Positions 60,922-64,000 of a stretch of 64,000 nt of DNA are shown piece by piece. The stretch spans positions 6,188 through 70,187 of the forward strand of contig RZYC01000007.1 in assembly GCA_009930475.1 (NCBI GenBank), given 5' to 3'. Within the stretch, counting starts at the first letter, position 1. The number at the start of each line of letters is the position of its first letter. The stretch comes from Spartobacteria bacterium (GTDB taxonomy: Bacteria > Verrucomicrobiota > Kiritimatiellia > RZYC01). The translations under genes were made by a program, and so were the position numbers. Under the pieces are notes generated by a model. The model saw only the letters and a list, made by a program, of their open reading frames with translations, had not been told where the DNA came from and searched no databases.

Positions 60922-60946
60922 AAAAGTTCCAATGATTGGAACTTTT
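60922..60946. repeat. Single 25-bp REP-like palindrome
   Basis: AAAAGTTCCAATGATTGGAACTTTT (12-bp perfect arms) between the wza-like and wzc-like genes. Confidence 0.88.
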
Positions 60947-60982
60947 TTTTCGACGTATTTTGGCGATAAATCAGACATCATG

Positions 60983-62116
60983 TTAATCGTTCACGTAGCC
61001 TTCCTGGTTCCAGAGCAGCCCGCGTAATTCTGCCATGATGCCGAAGCTCTCTGCGGAGGAGATGGAAAAGTCGATGACATCCATACTGGGAATCAGCTGT
61101 TTGACATAATAGTTGTACTTGCTGATGCCCCGCTCGCTGACGTACACAATATCGCCGTCCTTCAAACGGTAATTCTTTCGCATGTCACCCTGAGAAACCA
61201 TGACCGAAAGATCGATTTCTTCCACGTGACCTTCCTTGGCCCCCGCCCGAATAAGGTATACTTTACTCAATTCTGCGCTGTCTTTCGGGCCGCCGGAGGT
61301 CATCACCGCATCGAGAATGGTCATACGGGAACGCAGCGCAATAACGCCCGGCGACATAACCTGACCCATCACGTAAGCCAGCTGATCATCACTCTGGGGA
61401 ATGAACACGATGTCATTGTTTTGCAGGCGGGCGTTCAACGCCATGTTGCCGTTTTCCAGCAGTTCTTTCAGATCAATCCAGATGACCACATCCTGACCGC
61501 GTACGATCATGCAGCGGGTAAGGAAAGATTTCGATGTGTCCGTGGGCAATCCGCCGGCCAATGCCAACGCCTCCAGCAACGTACCACGATCCGCAAAATG
61601 AACCACGCCGGGATTGGCGACGCGTCCGAGCACATAGACCTTGTTGTTGTTGAATACCGACATAACCAAGGTGACATCAGGATCGTCATAATATTGTTTC
61701 AGGCGCGTGGTTATCATTTCTGTCACCTGCACCAACGTTTTATCTTTGACGTTGATGATTCCTACGCGGGGCAGCGCCACATCGCCGTCAGGTGCGACCA
61801 GCAGATCTTCTCGGGATATTTCCGGCCTCCCTCTTACTAAAAAGGAAAAACGGTCACCGGGACCTAGCCGGTAAGACGCATCATAGGCAGTCGAAGAAAA
61901 ACTTTTGACCTGGCCCGCCGGAGCCGGCTCCGGCGGCACGGTCTGCTCCGACAAGGCAAAAGGCGTGGTCGCTGCCGACGCGTTGGTCTGGAGTTGAAAT
62001 GTTCCGTCAGAACCCGCCTTGTAGGTGCCGGGAGTGATAGTTTCGCATCCCGTCAGCAGGAACATTCCCAGCACTATGACCCAGAGGCCAACATGTTGGA
62101 TGATACGCTGTTTCAT
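60983..62116 (-). CDS. Wza-like polysaccharide export lipoprotein with SLBB domains
   Basis: Lipobox LLTGC; YRLGPGD, VAPDGDVALPRVG, VYVLGRVANPG, VMGQVMSPG, LKDGDIVYV; start ATG 62116. Confidence 0.92.
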   Translation of the reverse strand: MKQRIIQHVGLWVIVLGMFLLTGCETITPGTYKAGSDGTFQLQTNASAATTPFALSEQTVPPEPAPAGQVKSFSSTAYDASYRLGPGDRFSFLVRGRPEISREDLLVAPDGDVALPRVGIINVKDKTLVQVTEMITTRLKQYYDDPDVTLVMSVFNNNKVYVLGRVANPGVVHFADRGTLLEALALAGGLPTDTSKSFLTRCMIVRGQDVVIWIDLKELLENGNMALNARLQNNDIVFIPQSDDQLAYVMGQVMSPGVIALRSRMTILDAVMTSGGPKDSAELSKVYLIRAGAKEGHVEEIDLSVMVSQGDMRKNYRLKDGDIVYVSERGISKYNYYVKQLIPSMDVIDFSISSAESFGIMAELRGLLWNQEGYVND

Positions 62117-63009
62117 ACCTGCTGCGCCAGTTCCTCTGTGGCGCGGTGCTTGCCTTTCAGCAAACAATTTCGCTGATATTGACGCAGAAACCGCCGGAAC
62201 TCCAAATCGTTATACCGCGGCTTGCGTGCCAGCATGCTTTCTACATAACCCCACCACATGGCTAATCCACCGATAATCAACGGGGGGCGTGACATGCGGA
62301 ATAGTGCACTTGCAGTCATGTACAGGAGACCGGTTCCCATAAAATACTGACCGTAACCATGCCGCTTGCGGCCCGTCCAGATGCTGACCTGACTGGATCC
62401 CATAGGGCGCAGATGCTCAAAACGAATTTCCGGTTCGTCCCAACTGCACGCCATCCATCCGAGCATGCGGCAGCGATGACAGTCAATGCCGTCCCACATC
62501 ACTTCGCGCACAAATCCACCGATTTCCTGAAAGCAGGTGGTACGATAAAACTTGGTCATGCCCACAGACATTTCGTCTCCACATTTTTCGCTCACCATTT
62601 TCCCCGTATCCGGATCAGGGTAATAGGGTTTTCCGCTGCACGTGCCCAGCCGTGGATTGCGTTCCATACGCTCTATCAAAATCTCAAAATAGGATGCAGG
62701 AATATCCAAATCTAAATCGAATTTACACACATAATCGAAGTCCGCCAACCTGACCCTGTCTAATCCGGCATAAAAAGCGTCAATCACCCCGGGACCCACC
62801 GCCCGATGACCACGGTCTTCACGACGCAGGATTTTTATCCAGTCATATCGCGATGCAAATTCTTCCAATATTCGCGGTGTGTCATCCTGCGAACCATCGT
62901 CAACGATCACCCATAAATCGGGAATAACCGTCTGCCGGACAACGCTGTTTAATGTGCGACGTGCATACTTCGCTTCATCACGGCAGGGTGTAATTAGTAC
63001 ATAACTCAT
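62113..63009 (-). CDS. Glycosyltransferase family 2
   Basis: LITPCRDE, VDDGSQD, KFDLD, FQEIGGF, GWDG-like MWDGID; start ATG 63009. Confidence 0.92.
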   Translation of the reverse strand: MSYVLITPCRDEAKYARRTLNSVVRQTVIPDLWVIVDDGSQDDTPRILEEFASRYDWIKILRREDRGHRAVGPGVIDAFYAGLDRVRLADFDYVCKFDLDLDIPASYFEILIERMERNPRLGTCSGKPYYPDPDTGKMVSEKCGDEMSVGMTKFYRTTCFQEIGGFVREVMWDGIDCHRCRMLGWMACSWDEPEIRFEHLRPMGSSQVSIWTGRKRHGYGQYFMGTGLLYMTASALFRMSRPPLIIGGLAMWWGYVESMLARKPRYNDLEFRRFLRQYQRNCLLKGKHRATEELAQQV

Positions 63010-63034
63010 ACGCTCAACCTCATGGATCAGAAAA

Positions 63035-64000
63035 TTATCCCATGGCGGCTGAAAACGCAAGGTTGAGTTTACGCGCATTCCCTTCGCTTGAATACTGCTC
63101 CACCACCATCGCCCGCCCCCGTCTGGCCAAGGCCTGCCGCCGAATCGTATCCTGAATCAGCCATGTCAGCTTATCGCAGAGCTCTTCCACTTGTTCCGGC
63201 TCCACCATTATTCCTGTTTCCTCGTTGATCACCAGCTCGCGAATGGTCGGTAAATCACCGCTGACCACACACAGCTCCGCCGCCATCGCCTCCATCAATA
63301 CCACCGGAATCCCGTCACGATCTCCCGATGAGGCAATGCGGCAGGGCAGTACAAATAAATCCGACCGCTTCATGGCGGCGCAAATCACCGCATTGGATTG
63401 CGATCCCATAAATTCCACCTGATCCTCCAGATGGAGCGAACCGCATAAGGACTGAAGAGCCGCCCGTTCTTCGCCGTCCCCAATCAATGTACAGTGGAAT
63501 GGTACCGCTCGCTCTTTTAATTGCGCCAGCGACTGCAACAGAATATCAAAGCCCTTCTTTCGTACAAGTCGCCCCGCCGCCAGTATTTTTGTTACAGAAT
63601 AAGATGCGTGCGCTTCAGGCACAAATATCGCCGGATCAATCCCGCAACGAATCACCGGCAAAACCTCGTCACTTCTGCGGTAAACCGACTTATAATATTC
63701 ACGATGCCAATAGCTGATACACGAAATAAATCGCGCACGCTCAAGCTTTTCTCGCAGCAGTTGTCCATCACGAAATAAATCCGCCGCATGACCCGTAAAA
63801 CTGAATCCAATGCCCAGCTGCCGCGCCGTATACATCGCTATCGTCGTCGGGGCATGTGCCATATGTCCGTGAATATGCGCAATCCGCATCCCTCGCAGTC
63901 GACCGGCTAATGCCAGCGACACCACCGCCTGACCCAGAATCTTTAGTCGCGAAAACAAGGAAAAACCCGACACACCCCGCACCGCATCGTTCCATGCCAT
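63035..64000 (-). CDS. Glycosyltransferase family 4 (WcaL-like); 5' end lies outside the window
   Basis: HIHGHMAH, FSFTGHAAD, AGRLVRKKGF, RDGIPVVLMEAMA. Confidence 0.92.
   Translation of the reverse strand: MAWNDAVRGVSGFSLFSRLKILGQAVVSLALAGRLRGMRIAHIHGHMAHAPTTIAMYTARQLGIGFSFTGHAADLFRDGQLLREKLERARFISCISYWHREYYKSVYRRSDEVLPVIRCGIDPAIFVPEAHASYSVTKILAAGRLVRKKGFDILLQSLAQLKERAVPFHCTLIGDGEERAALQSLCGSLHLEDQVEFMGSQSNAVICAAMKRSDLFVLPCRIASSGDRDGIPVVLMEAMAAELCVVSGDLPTIRELVINEETGIMVEPEQVEELCDKLTWLIQDTIRRQALARRGRAMVVEQYSSEGNARKLNLAFSAAMG

Noticed and set aside
1-64000. tRNA, rRNA or riboswitch
   Set aside because: No cloverleaf or rRNA signature was recognised in any intergenic region by eye; a tRNAscan/Infernal run would be decisive.

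Overview
A gene-dense chromosomal window with no rRNA, tRNA or CRISPR array that I can support. It probably comes from an anaerobic PVC-superphylum bacterium (Kiritimatiellia/Verrucomicrobiota-like); this is an inference from gene repertoire only. Housekeeping content: MCP (partial), pyrK-pyrD, ExbB/ExbD/TonB-like genes plus a patatin, an Opp-type ABC transporter with a LemA/NTase/TPM tail, rsmI-STAS-PP2C-STAS-grpE-dnaJ-rsmE-queA, an XRE-cupin/acyl-CoA synthetase/VorCBA cluster, pyk, asnB, tpx, and a ~1660-aa lamin-tail/CotH surface protein. A syp-like exopolysaccharide locus with embedded partner-switching regulators runs off the right end. The most striking unexplained structure has three parts. 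(1) Four intact, diverged RAYT-like Y1/HUH transposase paralogs (4247, 15361, 30573, 43879), with no TnpB and no terminal inverted repeats. (2) An identical upstream architecture at all four: a 21-bp pseudo-palindrome, N9, a -35-like TTGVH, N17-18, a -10-like hexamer, N6, then ATG, which looks leaderless. The same 21-bp/N9/TTG unit also occurs without any gene at 8452-8488 and as a tandem triplet at 50111-50229. (3) A family of 25-bp palindromes (AAAAGTTCCAATnATTGGAACTTTT) at four loci, spaced exactly 31 bp apart wherever they are arrayed; one array lies 60 bp downstream of RAYT copy 2.
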